DNA of 64,000 nucleotides, taken from positions 2,112,001-2,176,000 of the forward strand of contig OZ241875.1 of assembly GCA_965203325.1 (NCBI GenBank), given 5' to 3'. This document shows positions 26,707 to 36,952 of the stretch, one piece after another. Positions within the stretch are counted from its first letter, which is position 1. The number at the start of each line of letters is the position of its first letter. Position numbers and translations under genes: made by a program. Under the pieces are notes generated by a model. The model was not told the DNA's origin and did not search any database. It saw only the letters and a program-made list of their open reading frames with translations. Origin of the DNA: a bacterium. Its GTDB lineage: Bacteria > UBA8248.

Positions 26707-29597
26707 CCCACCTTCGCCGCTTCGAAATACTTCTTGAGGAACCCGCCCGTATGCGAGCGGGGGTTTTGCGCCACCTCCCCGGGCGTGCCCTCGGCGACGA
26801 TGCGACCTCCCCGCTCGCCTCCCTCGGGTCCTAAGTCGATCACCCACTCCGCGTTTCGGATGACGTCCATATTGTGCTCGACGACGACCACCGTGTTCCC
26901 CAGCCCCACGAGGCGCGTGAGTACGTTCAGCAGCCGCTCCACGTCCTGAAAGTGCAGGCCCGTCGTCGGCTCGTCCATCAGGTACATGACGTCCCTGGGC
27001 GGCTTGGCGGCCAACTGGCCCGCGATCTTCAGGCGCTGCGCCTCGCCGCCCGAGAGCGTGCTCACGGGCTGGCCGATCCGGAGGTAGTTGAGTCCTACGT
27101 CTCTTAAGATCAGCAGCTTGTTCAGCACCGAGGGCACGTGATCGAAAAAGAGACTCGCCTCGTCCACCGTCAGGTTCAGCACGTCGTGGATGTTCTTGCC
27201 CTTGTACCGGATTTCCATGGCCTGGGGCTTGAAGCGCTTCCCCTCGCAATCGGGACAGCGGATGAAGATGTCGGCCATGAAGTGCATCTCTATCTTCTGG
27301 ATGCCGCTTCCGGTGCAGGACTCGCACCGCCCCCCCGCCGTGTTGAACGAGAAATGCCCGGGGCCGTAGCCCATGTTCCGCGCCAGCGGCGTTTCGGCGA
27401 ACAGGCGCCGTATCGCGTCGTAGGCTTTCAAGTAGGTGATGGGGTTGCTTCGGGGGCTCTTTCCGATGGGGCTCTGGTCGAGCAGCACGACCGAATCGAG
27501 CTCCTCGAAGCCCTGTATCCGCTCGAAGCGGCCGATGGCGCCCTTGCCGTCGTGAAGGATGCGCGCCAGCGCCGGGTAGAGCGTGTCGTGCACCAGCGTG
27601 CTCTTGCCCGAGCCGGAGACGCCCGTGACCGCCACCAGACGCCCCAGGGGAACGTGGAGGTCCACTTTTTTGAGATTGTTCTCCTGCGCGCCCAGCAGGG
27701 AAAGGTAGGAACAGCTGCCGTTATCCCCGCGCTTGATCTTCCGCGGGCTGATCTCGCGCTCGCCGCTCAGGAACTTCGCCGTCGCCGACCGTTCGCACCA
27801 GTCGAGTTCCTCCCGGGGCCCCGAGAAAACCACCTCGCCGCCGCGCTCGCCCGCGCCGGGGCCCAGGTCCACGACGTGATCCGCCTCGTCGATGACGTCG
27901 CGGTCATGCTCGACCACGAGGAGGGTGTTCCCCCGATCGACCAGGTCCTTCAGGATGCTCACGAGGCGCGCATTGTCCCTCGGGTGCAGGCCGATGGTCG
28001 GCTCGTCCAGTATGTAGAGCGTACCCGTTAGATGCGCGCCCAACTGGTTCGCCAGGTTAATCCGCTGGTGCTCGCCCCCGCTCAGGGTCCTCGTCTCCCT
28101 GTCGAGCGTGAGGTATTCGAGGCCCACCTTGTGGAGGAAATCGAGGCGCTCGCGCACCTGCTTCAGGACGTCGCCCGCGCGCGCGTGCTGATCGGGCGTG
28201 AGCGGCGGCGCCTCGAAGTATTCCCGCAGCTCGCTCACCGGCATGGCGCATATATCGGCGATTGTGCGGTCGCCCAGCTTGATCCAGAGCGCCTCGGGGC
28301 GCAGGCGCGTGCCGTTGCACGAAGCGCATTTCTGCAGGCTCTGGTAGCGCCTAATCAACACCCGCACCCAGACCTTGTACTTGCGTCTCTTCAGCCTCTC
28401 GAAGAACCGGTACACGCCCAGAAACGACCCCGACCCCTCGAAGACCAGCTTCTTCTGGTCTTCCGGCATCTCCTCCCAGGGGGTGTGGATGTCGAGTCCC
28501 TCGTCCCTTGCGGCATCCTGGAGCTGTTCGCCGAAATAGCGGCGGTAGCGCGGCCTCGCCCAGGGCTCCACCGCCCCCTGGGCAAGCGTCTTCCGGGGTT
28601 CCGGGATGATGAGCGACTCATCGAAGCTGAGCGTGTTGCCGAACCCCCCGCACTCCTGACAGGCCCCGTTGGGGTTGTTGAAGCTGAATGTGTGCGGCAC
28701 GGGTTCTTCGAAGGTGTTCCCGCAGCACTCGAGCCGCTGGCTGAAGCGAAGCCTCGGCCCGTCGACGAGCTGAACCTCGGCGACGCCGCCGCCTTCCCGA
28801 AACGCCGTCTCCAGCGATTCGCCCAGTCGCGCGCGGTTTCTGGAGGAGAGCTTGAGGCGATCCACCACCACCCGGATCGCGCGATGGTTCCGCACGGCGG
28901 GCCTCTCTTTTTCCGGCTTTTTCTTCGGAGGACGGCCCCGCCTCTTCGCCTTGGGCGCCGGTTCGGCCTCTTCTTTCAGCCTCTCGAAAAGCTGTGGGCC
29001 GATGTTCACGATTTCATCGTCCACCATCACGCGGACGTAGCCCTGCGCCATGAGGGACTTGAGTTCCCCCTCCATATCCTCCGCGTCCATCTCTCCCATG
29101 GGAAAAAGCAAGAACCCTCTCGCGCCCTCATGGGCGCCCAGCAGGAGCGCCACCGTGCCGTCGACCGTGGCGGGCGCGACCTCGCTCCCGCAATCGGGGC
29201 AATGGATCTTCCCGGCCTTGGCGAAGAGCAGCCGCAGGTAGTCGTAAATCTCCGACGCCGTGCCCACCGTGGAACGCGAATGGTTCACCGGGTTGTACTG
29301 CTCGATGGCGATGGCGGGGCTGATGCCCTCGATGTAGTCCACGTCGGGCTTGTCCACGCGCTCCAGGAACTGCCGCGCGTAGGTGGAGAGGCTCTCCACG
29401 TAGCGGCGGTGGCCCTCGGCGTAGATGGTGCCGAAGGCGAGCGAGGACTTGCCCGAACCACTCGGCCCGGTGACGACGATGAAGTGCTCCCTCGGGAGCT
29501 TGAGGGAGATGTCCTTCAAGTTATGTTCCCGCGCGCCCTCGACCCGGATGTCCTCCATCAGGGAGACGGCGGGGGGCGTTTCGATTCGTGTACTCAT
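26703..29597 (-). CDS. uvrA: excinuclease ABC subunit A
   Basis: GAREHNLK, two Walker A motifs ([16 protein letters not shown]), [15 protein letters not shown] twice, zinc-finger CxxC pairs. Confidence 0.96.
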   Translation of the reverse strand: MSTRIETPPAVSLMEDIRVEGAREHNLKDISLKLPREHFIVVTGPSGSGKSSLAFGTIYAEGHRRYVESLSTYARQFLERVDKPDVDYIEGISPAIAIEQYNPVNHSRSTVGTASEIYDYLRLLFAKAGKIHCPDCGSEVAPATVDGTVALLLGAHEGARGFLLFPMGEMDAEDMEGELKSLMAQGYVRVMVDDEIVNIGPQLFERLKEEAEPAPKAKRRGRPPKKKPEKERPAVRNHRAIRVVVDRLKLSSRNRARLGESLETAFREGGGVAEVQLVDGPRLRFSQRLECCGNTFEEPVPHTFSFNNPNGACQECGGFGNTLSFDESLIIPEPRKTLAQGAVEPWARPRYRRYFGEQLQDAARDEGLDIHTPWEEMPEDQKKLVFEGSGSFLGVYRFFERLKRRKYKVWVRVLIRRYQSLQKCASCNGTRLRPEALWIKLGDRTIADICAMPVSELREYFEAPPLTPDQHARAGDVLKQVRERLDFLHKVGLEYLTLDRETRTLSGGEHQRINLANQLGAHLTGTLYILDEPTIGLHPRDNARLVSILKDLVDRGNTLLVVEHDRDVIDEADHVVDLGPGAGERGGEVVFSGPREELDWCERSATAKFLSGEREISPRKIKRGDNGSCSYLSLLGAQENNLKKVDLHVPLGRLVAVTGVSGSGKSTLVHDTLYPALARILHDGKGAIGRFERIQGFEELDSVVLLDQSPIGKSPRSNPITYLKAYDAIRRLFAETPLARNMGYGPGHFSFNTAGGRCESCTGSGIQKIEMHFMADIFIRCPDCEGKRFKPQAMEIRYKGKNIHDVLNLTVDEASLFFDHVPSVLNKLLILRDVGLNYLRIGQPVSTLSGGEAQRLKIAGQLAAKPPRDVMYLMDEPTTGLHFQDVERLLNVLTRLVGLGNTVVVVEHNMDVIRNAEWVIDLGPEGGERGGRIVAEGTPGEVAQNPRSHTGGFLKKYFEAAKVG

Positions 29598-29652
29598 TTC
29601 CTCGTGACGGCTCTATGGGTGATGCGGGCGACTGACGAAGCGATAACCCCTC

Positions 29653-29682
29653 AATATGATGCGGGGAGGAGGGGTGTGTCAA
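29653..29682 (-). promoter_or_regulatory. candidate sigma70 promoter for uvrA
   Basis: Minus-strand TTGACA-N18-CATATT, about 55 bp upstream of the uvrA start. Confidence 0.45.
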
Positions 29683-29710
29683 CGGGGGGAGGGGTGTATG
29701 TATACCGCCC

Positions 29711-31744
29711 TCACGCGGAATGCGTCGATTGCGGGCTCATCCCCTCGGTGATTTCACGCACCCTGGCTTCGAGCCAGGATTCATCGATCGGCACAGGCCC
29801 CGAGCGGGCCTCCTCCACGGCCCTCATCGCCTCGAAGCGCACGTGCCGGCGAATGGCGGGGGGGATGCCCTCCGTGGCCCGGTTGACCGCCAGTTGCAAC
29901 TCATCCGGCCAGAGCCGCTCGAACGCCTCGCGGGCGGCCCCGAACGAAAAGAGAGCCGCCTCGGAGCCGCTGCGCGCATCGGCTAGCAGCCGCCGTCGCT
30001 CGGCCGTCTCTTCTTCCTGGATTCGGCCATCGCGGATGATTACGCCGTAGACCTCCCCGGCGCTCTCAGGCGTCACCAACCCGTCCTCTACGTCGCGCAG
30101 CACGAGCATGGGGTCGCGCTCCCATGGCGGGCCGAAGCCGCCGCCCCCGGCGGAGTGGACGTGCACGACGCCACCCGCCGGTACGTCGAGCACGTTTATC
30201 TTCGCAATCGGCTCGGGGTGCTCGCCGGGGGCTTGCAGGAACGCGCGTCCCGCCTCGCCCGGGCGGCCGTCTTCCCTGCCCCAGGGCTGGAAATGAAACC
30301 GCTCCAGCCCCCGGGCCGTCACCACCCCGCCGGGCACGAGAATCCTGAGGGAATAGTCCAGGCCGCACCCGCCGCGCAGGCGCCCGGCACCCCCGGAATC
30401 GGGTTTGAGCCCGTAGCGCTCGACCAGGACGGGTATCTCCGACTCCAGCACCTCGGTGGGGATGTTCCGGTAGAAGCCCGTGGTGAAATCGACTCCCTCC
30501 GTGCCGTCGTCGAAGGGCCGCGCCCCCGACCCGCCCACGAGAGGCTGGACGGTGCTCACCAGGTTCGTCCCGGTGGTGAAATCAGGTGCCGACACCAGCA
30601 TGATGGAACCCTGGCCGCAGCCCGCGGCGGGCATCCGTTCCCGCCAGGCGCGCGCCAGGGCGCCGAGAACGATATCGGCCACCTTGAAAAACGTGGCCTG
30701 CCTGGCACCGCAGGGCGCTCCGGGTTCCGGGTTGAGGAGAGACCCCCTCGGCGCGTTCACCTTGACGGGGCGGACAAGGCCTGAGTTGTACACCGTGTCC
30801 GGCTTGACGCTCCGCATGAAGTTGACCACGCCCATGACCAGGAGGTAGTGGCCGTCCGTGCTGTAGGAGGGGACGTTGAACGCTGCCGCCACTTGGGGGT
30901 CCGTGCCCTCGAAGTCGAGGAGCATCTCCTCGCCCCGGATCCGCAGCGTGAGGCGTATCCGGACGTGGCGTCCCTCCGGCATCAGGTCCCCCTCGAGGTA
31001 GTCCCAGAACGCGTAGTCTCCGTCGGGAACCTCCCGTATCAGGGAGCGGGCCTGGGCTTCCGCGTAATCCAGAACGTCGTCGAGCGCCGTTCGCAAGAGG
31101 TCCGCGCCGTACTTTTCGGCGAGGCCCGTGACGCGCAGTTCCGCGCGCTTGAGCGCCCCGAGCATCGCCAGCACGTCGCCCCGGTTCTTGTCCGGAATGC
31201 GGCAGTTCCGCAGGAAGATCCGCAAGATGTCTTCCCGCATCTCGTCTTCGGCGACGAGCCGTGTCACCGGAATGACCACGCCTTCCTGATGCTGGTCGAC
31301 GGCGGAAGGCGCGATGGACCCGGGCGCGAGCCCGCCTACGTCCGTGCAATGGATGAAGGCGACCGCGAAGCAGACGAGTTCGCCCCCGTGGTAGACGGGA
31401 CGCCAGCAGAATACGTCGAGCAGATGGGTGACCAGGCCCCTGCTTTGCTCGGGGTCGTTGGTGAACCAGACGTCGCCGGGCCGGTACGGTCCGCCGGCTT
31501 CGATCACGGCCCCGAAGTTCTGGCCGACCCCTATCCAGAGCCCGATATCCACGGAGCAGGCCGCCACCTCTCCCCGGGGCGTCACCAGGGCGACGATGAA
31601 ATCCTGGGTTTCCTTGACGAAGACGGTATGCCCGCAGCGGGTCAGCAGCTCGCCCATCTCCTCCACGATCCCCTGGAACCGGCACCGGAGTATTTCCAGC
31701 AGAACGGGGTCGGAATTCGTTCGGGGTGCAGAAGTTTCGCTCAT
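29711..31744 (-). CDS. hydantoinase B / 5-oxoprolinase family subunit
   Basis: FTNDP, THLLD, HCTDVGG..PGS, QEG, DFEGTDPQ, AGGGGFG. Confidence 0.93.
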   Translation of the reverse strand: MSETSAPRTNSDPVLLEILRCRFQGIVEEMGELLTRCGHTVFVKETQDFIVALVTPRGEVAACSVDIGLWIGVGQNFGAVIEAGGPYRPGDVWFTNDPEQSRGLVTHLLDVFCWRPVYHGGELVCFAVAFIHCTDVGGLAPGSIAPSAVDQHQEGVVIPVTRLVAEDEMREDILRIFLRNCRIPDKNRGDVLAMLGALKRAELRVTGLAEKYGADLLRTALDDVLDYAEAQARSLIREVPDGDYAFWDYLEGDLMPEGRHVRIRLTLRIRGEEMLLDFEGTDPQVAAAFNVPSYSTDGHYLLVMGVVNFMRSVKPDTVYNSGLVRPVKVNAPRGSLLNPEPGAPCGARQATFFKVADIVLGALARAWRERMPAAGCGQGSIMLVSAPDFTTGTNLVSTVQPLVGGSGARPFDDGTEGVDFTTGFYRNIPTEVLESEIPVLVERYGLKPDSGGAGRLRGGCGLDYSLRILVPGGVVTARGLERFHFQPWGREDGRPGEAGRAFLQAPGEHPEPIAKINVLDVPAGGVVHVHSAGGGGFGPPWERDPMLVLRDVEDGLVTPESAGEVYGVIIRDGRIQEEETAERRRLLADARSGSEAALFSFGAAREAFERLWPDELQLAVNRATEGIPPAIRRHVRFEAMRAVEEARSGPVPIDESWLEARVREITEGMSPQSTHSA

Positions 31745-33762
31745 CCGGTCGCCTCCGCGTGAAGATTGCTCGACGGGTCGACGCTGAAGTCGAACCCGGG
31801 CGTGACGAAAACGGTCGTGTCGTACTGAAGAAGTACGGCGGGTCCTGAAAGCCGAAGGCCTGTGGGAATCCGGGCTCTTTGGTAGACGGGAACCGAGAGC
31901 CGGCCCCCCTGATGCGTCACCTCGCGGGTCTCCACGGGTTCGAGCCGCTCCGATTCACCGGGCATTGGGGAAGATGCGGCGCCGACCATCTGATTCGGCG
32001 CCCTGGCGAGCATCCGGATCTGCAGCACCTCGACCTCGCTCTCGGGGTCGCGGTAGCCGAAGGTCTCCTCATACCTTTGGTGGAAGGTTTCCTGATAATC
32101 CCCGTTCCCGGTCAGTCCGACCATGATCTCGAACGATTGCCCCTTGTAGCGCATATCCGCGCTCCGCTCGAACGCCGCCGACCCGGTTTCCAAACCCTGA
32201 TCGGAGAGCCACCTCCTCGCGGTTTCCTGCATCTGCGAGAACATCTCTTCCATCCCCTCCACATCCGAGGTGTCTGTGAGGACGCTGCGGACGAAATCCA
32301 TCTGCACGTCCGCCACGGCCGCTCCCACCGCGCACATCGCGCCCGGCGCGGGGGGGATGACGAGCCTTCGGATGCCGGCTTCCGCCGCCAGCAGGAAGGC
32401 GTGGGTGGGCCCGGCGCCCCCGAAGGCCTGGAGGCTGAATTCGCGGTGGTCGACGCCGTAGCGCGCGATCATCGGCAGGAACGAGGCGACCATGTTCGCC
32501 GTCGCGACCCGCAGGACGGCTTCGGCCGCCCGGGTCGCCTCCACGCCCAGGGCTTCACCCAGGGAGCCGATTGCGTCTTCCGCCTGCGCCCGCGAAAGCG
32601 TCATCCGGCCGCCGAGCAGGTCGTTCTCGCCCAGTATGCCCGTTACGAGGTAGGCGTCCGTGACGGTCGGCTCCCGGCCTCCGCGTCCGTAGCACGCCGG
32701 TCCCGGATCGGCCCCTGCCGAGCGGGGGCCTACCTTCAAAACCCCGTGAGGGTCGACCCACGCGATCGAACCGCCCCCCGCGCCGATGGTCTCGATGGCG
32801 ACGGCCGGAAGGAATAGCGGAAAATCCCCGATCGTGCTCTCCACGCTCACGCGGGGCCGGCCGTCGATGAGGGACATGTCGGCGCTGGTCCCGCCCATGT
32901 CCAGGGTGAAGAGCTTCGCCTCGCCCGATTCCCGGACGGACTTGGCCGCCGCCATCACACCCGAAGCGGGCCCCGAGAACATCGTGCGCACGGGAATCCG
33001 CGCCGCCTCGCCGATGGAGACCGTCCCGCCGTTGGACTGGGTGATCAGGATCGGACAGCCGACGCCCATCGCCCGCAGGCCCTCCTCCAGCCGCCGGTAG
33101 TAGGAACGCATGGTGGAGCCGACGTAGGCGTTCATCACGCAGACGAGCGTCCGCTCGTATTCGCGCTGCTGCGGCCAGGTCTCCCACGACGCGCAGACGA
33201 ACAGCTCGGGCCGGCGCTCGGCGATGACCGCCCGGGCCGTTTGCTCATGGACCGGATTGATGTAGGAGTGCAGAAAGCTGACGGCCACCGCCGTGACGCC
33301 CGCAGCCAGGAGTTCCTCGACCCCTTGCAGGACGGAATTCGTATCGAGCGGGCGCAGGACGGCGCCGTCCGCGCCGACGCGCTCCCTCACCTCCCGGACG
33401 TGGGCGCGGCGGACCAGCGGCACGGGCCTGGCCGCTTCAAAGCTGGGCGCATCGGGAAGCCGGGTCCGGCGGAGTTCCAGAACGTCGCGGAAACCTTGCG
33501 TCGTCAGAAGCCCGGTCGTCTCGCCCGTGCGCTGGATGATCGTGTTGACCGCAAGCGTGGAGCCTGCGCCGAAGTAGACGACGTCCTGGGGATCGAGGCC
33601 TTCGCCACGGAGTCCTTCCCGCACGCCTTCCAGCACGCCCGAAACCGGTTCGCCGACAGACGTGGGGACCTTGTAGACGCCCGTCCGGCCCGTCGCCTCC
33701 TCCACCAGGGCCACGTCCGTAAAGGTGCCTCCGACGTCCACGCCGATCCGCCAGCCGCTCAA
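31741..33762 (-). CDS. hydantoinase A / 5-oxoprolinase family subunit
   Basis: GVDVGGTFTD, SGPASG, DMGGTS, IGAGGGS, GPACYGRGG, FGGAG. TTG start, and its stop overlaps the B subunit start. Confidence 0.93.
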   Translation of the reverse strand: MSGWRIGVDVGGTFTDVALVEEATGRTGVYKVPTSVGEPVSGVLEGVREGLRGEGLDPQDVVYFGAGSTLAVNTIIQRTGETTGLLTTQGFRDVLELRRTRLPDAPSFEAARPVPLVRRAHVREVRERVGADGAVLRPLDTNSVLQGVEELLAAGVTAVAVSFLHSYINPVHEQTARAVIAERRPELFVCASWETWPQQREYERTLVCVMNAYVGSTMRSYYRRLEEGLRAMGVGCPILITQSNGGTVSIGEAARIPVRTMFSGPASGVMAAAKSVRESGEAKLFTLDMGGTSADMSLIDGRPRVSVESTIGDFPLFLPAVAIETIGAGGGSIAWVDPHGVLKVGPRSAGADPGPACYGRGGREPTVTDAYLVTGILGENDLLGGRMTLSRAQAEDAIGSLGEALGVEATRAAEAVLRVATANMVASFLPMIARYGVDHREFSLQAFGGAGPTHAFLLAAEAGIRRLVIPPAPGAMCAVGAAVADVQMDFVRSVLTDTSDVEGMEEMFSQMQETARRWLSDQGLETGSAAFERSADMRYKGQSFEIMVGLTGNGDYQETFHQRYEETFGYRDPESEVEVLQIRMLARAPNQMVGAASSPMPGESERLEPVETREVTHQGGRLSVPVYQRARIPTGLRLSGPAVLLQYDTTVFVTPGFDFSVDPSSNLHAEATG

Positions 33763-34008
33763 TGGCGCCTCCCTTCTACGTCATAGGTCGAAAATCACCG
33801 AACTCGGGCCACCCGTTCGGCAACTGAAAAACACAGCCGACTCGACCTAGTTTTTCAATTGATGGCTCCTGTTTGACGATACCTTAATGGATAATTCCGA
33901 ATGCGTGAAGAGACGAAAGGGCGTGGCGGCAGAACTCACTTGAATCGGTGATGGGGGTGATTTAGGCTGTGGTTCCCGCCCGGATAAGAGTGAGAGCAAG
34001 ATAGATCG

Positions 34009-35457
34009 ATGCAGATTCCGAACTGGTTGAAAAACCAAATTGTAAATTGGCTGAAAAACCCACTCATTCCTTTGCTTGTTTTATTGCTGGTTGGATTAGT
34101 GGCGGCTTTTGTGGGCGTCATGTCATCAAAATGCGCTCAAGAGTGGATCGGTGGACTTCTCGGCATATCCAAAGACAATAAAAACGAAATCCTGAAATTC
34201 CTGGGATTCGGGATGGGCGGTGTCCTGCTGGTTATCCAAGCCACACTATCCCATAAACGCGCCAAAGCGATGGAGGATGCGACGAATGAGCAGGCGAAGG
34301 CCAACGAGAATTCCGAGAAAGGGCTGCGGCAGGAGCGTTTGAAAAACGCCATCGAGCATCTGGGGCACGATTCGGATTCCGTGCGCTTGGGCGGAGCATA
34401 CGAACTCTTCCATCTGGCCGAGGAAACTAAAGAATTGCGACAGACGGCGTTCGATATGCTCTGCGTCTATATACGCAGGGTAACGGGCGAAGATAAGTAT
34501 CGAGAGATGTACAAGTTGAAACCCTCGGAAGAAATTCAGAGTCTGCTGACCCTGCTATTCGTGCAAGAGCATAAAGTATTCAAAGGCCTTCACATTAACT
34601 TACAGGGGAGTTGGTTGAATGGGGCTGCTCTTCCGTCAGCACATCTAGAAGGGGCTAATCTTTCGTTAGCGGTTATGCATAGGGCTAACCTACAAGGTGC
34701 GCATCTGCAAGAGGCTAATCTTATGGGGGTGCAATTGCAAAGTGCTCGTCTTATGAATGCGCAGTTGCAAAGTGCTCGTTTTTGGAGAGCGGAGTTGCAA
34801 GGGGCTCGTCTTATGAGCGCGCAGTTGCAAAGTGCTCGTTTTGGAAGAGCGCAGTTGCAAGGGGCTAACCTTGTGAAAGCTCAGTTGCAAAAGGCATATC
34901 TTCGAAATGCTCAGTTACAAGGTGCAAATCTTAGAGAGGCACATCTACAAGGGGCTAACCTTTTGGATGCATCTCTACAAAGTGCTCGTTTTGGAAGGGC
35001 GCAGTTGCAAGGGGCTTATCTTGAGGGAGCGCGTCTTCAAGGGGCTTATCTTGGGAAAGCGCAATTGCAGGGGGTTGATCTTTGTGATGCGCAGTTACAA
35101 GGGGTTAATCTTCAAGGATGCCTTCTTCAAGGAGTAATAAGTAATGAGACTGAACCTCCCTCTGGGTTTATAGAACGCATCAGAGGATCAATCGGTCGGC
35201 AGAGCGATCTGTCTGGGATTATTTTCGTGGGCGGGTTGGAACCCGAAGATTTAGATACCTTGCTTGAAGGCTTGTCCGATGAAGGAACCGAGAGGTTGCT
35301 GAAGACACTGGAACCCCACATCGGTCAGCCAGCAAGCCATGAACTACCGAAAAACAGCGGAGCGATTACCGGAACGTATACCGCGAAAGAAGCCGAAAAA
35401 TGGTTCGCTGAGTACGAGAAGGCTACATCAGAAACCTCGGCGGACGAGAGTTCCTAA
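34009..35457 (+). CDS. pentapeptide-repeat protein with N-terminal membrane helices
   Basis: Two TM segments, AIEHLG..VRLGGAYEL helical motif, then more than 30 A(N/R/Q/Y)Lxx repeats. GC is clearly lower than the flanks. Confidence 0.92.
   Translation: MQIPNWLKNQIVNWLKNPLIPLLVLLLVGLVAAFVGVMSSKCAQEWIGGLLGISKDNKNEILKFLGFGMGGVLLVIQATLSHKRAKAMEDATNEQAKANENSEKGLRQERLKNAIEHLGHDSDSVRLGGAYELFHLAEETKELRQTAFDMLCVYIRRVTGEDKYREMYKLKPSEEIQSLLTLLFVQEHKVFKGLHINLQGSWLNGAALPSAHLEGANLSLAVMHRANLQGAHLQEANLMGVQLQSARLMNAQLQSARFWRAELQGARLMSAQLQSARFGRAQLQGANLVKAQLQKAYLRNAQLQGANLREAHLQGANLLDASLQSARFGRAQLQGAYLEGARLQGAYLGKAQLQGVDLCDAQLQGVNLQGCLLQGVISNETEPPSGFIERIRGSIGRQSDLSGIIFVGGLEPEDLDTLLEGLSDEGTERLLKTLEPHIGQPASHELPKNSGAITGTYTAKEAEKWFAEYEKATSETSADESS
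34620..35130 (+). repeat. 15/30-nt degenerate tandem repeat encoding the pentapeptides
   Basis: Recurring GCGCAGTTGCAA followed by AGTGCTCGT or GGGGCT at 30-nt spacing. Confidence 0.9.
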
Positions 35458-35486
35458 AATCACTCCCCCTTGCGAATATTAAAGTT

Positions 35487-35797
35487 CACTCCCCCCTTGA
35501 GGGGTTGTTGAAAAACACCCCTCTTGGTCGGAATTGACCACCGCCGTCATTCCGCGCACGCCGGAATGACGAACAAAGCCGCACCGCCTAGTACGGACAG
35601 GTTGCGACCTCGGACAGGCACGGGGGCCTGTCCCTACGCAAGGATTTGTCTTTGTAGGGGAGAACCTGCGTGTTCTCCCGGTTTTTGTGCCCGCATCCGG
35701 TTGATCGGGCGGATACACCGGTCCGCCCCTACGGGAAACGAAGTCTTCACATTCACTCCTTGAGGCCTTTTTCAACAGCCCCCTCAAGGGGTGAGTG
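35487..35797. mobile_element. second MITE-like element filled with REP hairpins
   Basis: Imperfect ~30-bp inverted ends CACTCCCCCCTTGAGGGGTTGTTGAAAAA / TTTTTCAACAGCCCCCTCAAGGGGTGAGTG. Internal CGTCATTCC...GGAATGACG (35545-35571) and GTAG-type hairpins at 35612-35637, 35654-35679 and 35707-35732. Confidence 0.7.
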
Positions 35798-35820
35798 TTG
35801 GTGCCCGCTCTGTGCGGCGG

Positions 35821-36822
35821 CTACATCATACCCTCGGCCTTCAAGGCATTTCTCAGCGGAGCCAAGTCGAAGCCGTCCCCGTCCCGGTAGGTGCGCGTAC
35901 GCGGCAGCTTCTTCTCCTTCTTCAGGACCTTCGCCACGCCGACCAGCCACTTCCGCTCGTTCTCATCAATCAGCGGCGCGGGAAACTCCAGGTCGTTCAC
36001 GTTCTTGCGCACCAGTTCAAGTGAGAGTTTTGATCCCTTCGATTGGAGATGCTGCCAATAGGTGCGCGCGTAGAGCGCCGGATTCTCCTTTTGAAGCCGA
36101 ACCGCCCTGAGCCACCCGCGCAGGAACTTGACGACCCGGTCGGACTGCTCCTCGACCGCCTTTTTCCGCGTCAGGATGAGCCAGAAAACCTTGGCGTATT
36201 TGCAGTAATTCTCCAGGGTGCGCGCGTACCCCTTCTGCTGCGCGATCGTGGCGGCGGGATTCGCCACCATGATCATCTCCACGTTGCCGGAGCGTAGCGC
36301 CGCGACCCGATCCGTGGCCAGGGTATTGATCACCGTCCAGTCGCCCTTTTTCAGCCCGTGGGCCGGGGCGATGAAGTTCCGGAAGATGAAGTTCGTCCCC
36401 GATGCTTTTCCGATCCCCAGGCGCTTGCCTTTCAGATCCGCAACGGAGCGGATTTTGGAATCCGTCCCGACCATCAAGTGCGCGGAGCGGCAGTAGTAGT
36501 TCGAGATTCCCAGCCCCGTGATCTTCTTCGACTTCGACGTCGAGGTGACGAAGGGACGCGAGGCGGCCCCGCCCACGTCCAGCGAGTTGGAGAGCAGCGC
36601 CTGCATCATCAGCTTGCCCATCTTGAAGGTCTTGACCACGTATTTGCCCTTGCCCAGAGTTTGATCGAAGTAACCCAGCCTGTCGGCCACCACCGCCGGC
36701 GACCCCATGATGAGCTTGGTGTGACCGATGCGGAATTTCCCCGCGCCCAGGCTCACGGACGGCAACAGAAACATCGCCGACGCCGCGATGACGAGCGCCG
36801 CTGCGTACATATTCCGTTTCAT
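35821..36822 (-). CDS. ABC transporter substrate-binding protein (SsuA/TauA/NMT1-like)
   Basis: Signal peptide, IRSVADLKGKRLG, AALRSGNVE, KFLRGW. Confidence 0.88.
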   Translation of the reverse strand: MKRNMYAAALVIAASAMFLLPSVSLGAGKFRIGHTKLIMGSPAVVADRLGYFDQTLGKGKYVVKTFKMGKLMMQALLSNSLDVGGAASRPFVTSTSKSKKITGLGISNYYCRSAHLMVGTDSKIRSVADLKGKRLGIGKASGTNFIFRNFIAPAHGLKKGDWTVINTLATDRVAALRSGNVEMIMVANPAATIAQQKGYARTLENYCKYAKVFWLILTRKKAVEEQSDRVVKFLRGWLRAVRLQKENPALYARTYWQHLQSKGSKLSLELVRKNVNDLEFPAPLIDENERKWLVGVAKVLKKEKKLPRTRTYRDGDGFDLAPLRNALKAEGMM

Positions 36823-36952
36823 GACCGATCCCCCCTCAGGTTGTCCTGTCGTCCGGTCCATCCGGCCCTCCCGGATGTCACCGAGTTACAGGTGATTCAT
36901 CGGGGCGCGCTTCAATCATCGAGCCGCACAAAACCCGCCTTTCGCTCCCGGC

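Noticed and set aside
26707..27327. N-terminal extension of the 602-aa hydrolase ORF
   Set aside because: Overlaps uvrA in another frame and is Arg/Gly-rich junk. Protein-like sequence begins only at the uvrA stop.
34620..35130. Possible CRISPR or DGR-type repeat
   Set aside because: In-frame 15/30-nt periodicity is fully explained by pentapeptide coding. No unique spacers or reverse transcriptase.
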